In this document: piece by piece, positions 63,773 through 64,000 of the stretch
Numbering within the stretch: position 1 is the stretch's first letter
Layout: the number at the start of each line of letters is the position of its first letter
From: a virus
Length of the DNA stretch: 64,000 bases
IMG/VR virus record: IMGVR_UViG_3300025736_000010
Location: 1 to 64,000 of that record
Reading direction: 5' to 3' (one strand)
Notes under the pieces: generated by a model
What the model saw: only the letters and a program-made list of their open reading frames with translations
The model's database searches: none
Told to the model about the DNA's origin: nothing
Made by a program: the position numbers and the translations under genes

Positions 63773-64000
63773 ATGGGCGTAAAAAGAGTAACGCCGGAAG
63801 AAAGCGCCTTAATGATAACTGCATACGAGAATGGAGCTACTGGGAAAGAAGCTGCTGCTCTTTGCGGTAAGTCTACACGTACATTTTATGGCGTTCTGAG
63901 AAGGGCTGGTAAAGAGTCTAGAGGCAATAGGAAGTATTCGCTCGACGAGGACTTCTTTGGGGTTATAGACTCTGAAGAGAAGGCATACTGGTTGGGATTT
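63773..64000 (+). CDS. LAGLIDADG homing endonuclease, 3'-partial
   Basis: HTH, then RKY...EDFF..ID.EEKAYWLGF; promoter 63657-63685. Confidence 0.8.
   Translation, partial: MGVKRVTPEESALMITAYENGATGKEAAALCGKSTRTFYGVLRRAGKESRGNRKYSLDEDFFGVIDSEEKAYWLGF

Noticed and set aside
1-64000. Stop-codon reassignment
   Set aside because: Long conserved genes are intact under the standard code and end in TAA, TAG or TGA.

Overview
A 64-kb segment of a large tailed dsDNA bacteriophage, probably siphovirus-like, read with the standard genetic code. No tRNA, rRNA, CRISPR array, integrase or terminase was recognised. Layout: (1) 1-5.5 kb, + strand cassettes of small early-type genes separated by terminators, oriented TTCGCC arrays and a 24-bp-period palindrome array; (2) 5.8-19.9 kb, - strand small accessory genes, a thermonuclease, four Phage_ABA_S/NinX-like paralogs, an intein-containing RecA, and three promoter-driven structured RNAs; (3) a divergent promoter region near 19.95 kb followed by an HTH replication-initiator-like gene; (4) accessory genes and a DNA methyltransferase; (5) portal, then about 10 kb of nucleotide-metabolism genes (dNK, HslV-like peptidase, Dcd, ThyX, metallophosphoesterase, WecB) and a methyltransferase split by an antisense endonuclease; (6) protease, scaffold, capsid, fibre, neck and tail genes interspersed with many homing endonucleases, two GT4 glycosyltransferases (one fused to a nitroreductase) and a tail chaperone with a -1 frameshift. 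The strongest novel candidates are the split methyltransferase with apparent docking peptides, a family of phage structured ncRNAs, a recurrent cassette-boundary motif with recombinase-site geometry, the TTCGCC arrays, a CxxC redox trap across the RecA intein junction, and a virion-glycosylation module. All protein assignments come from motif recognition by eye; no database search was run.
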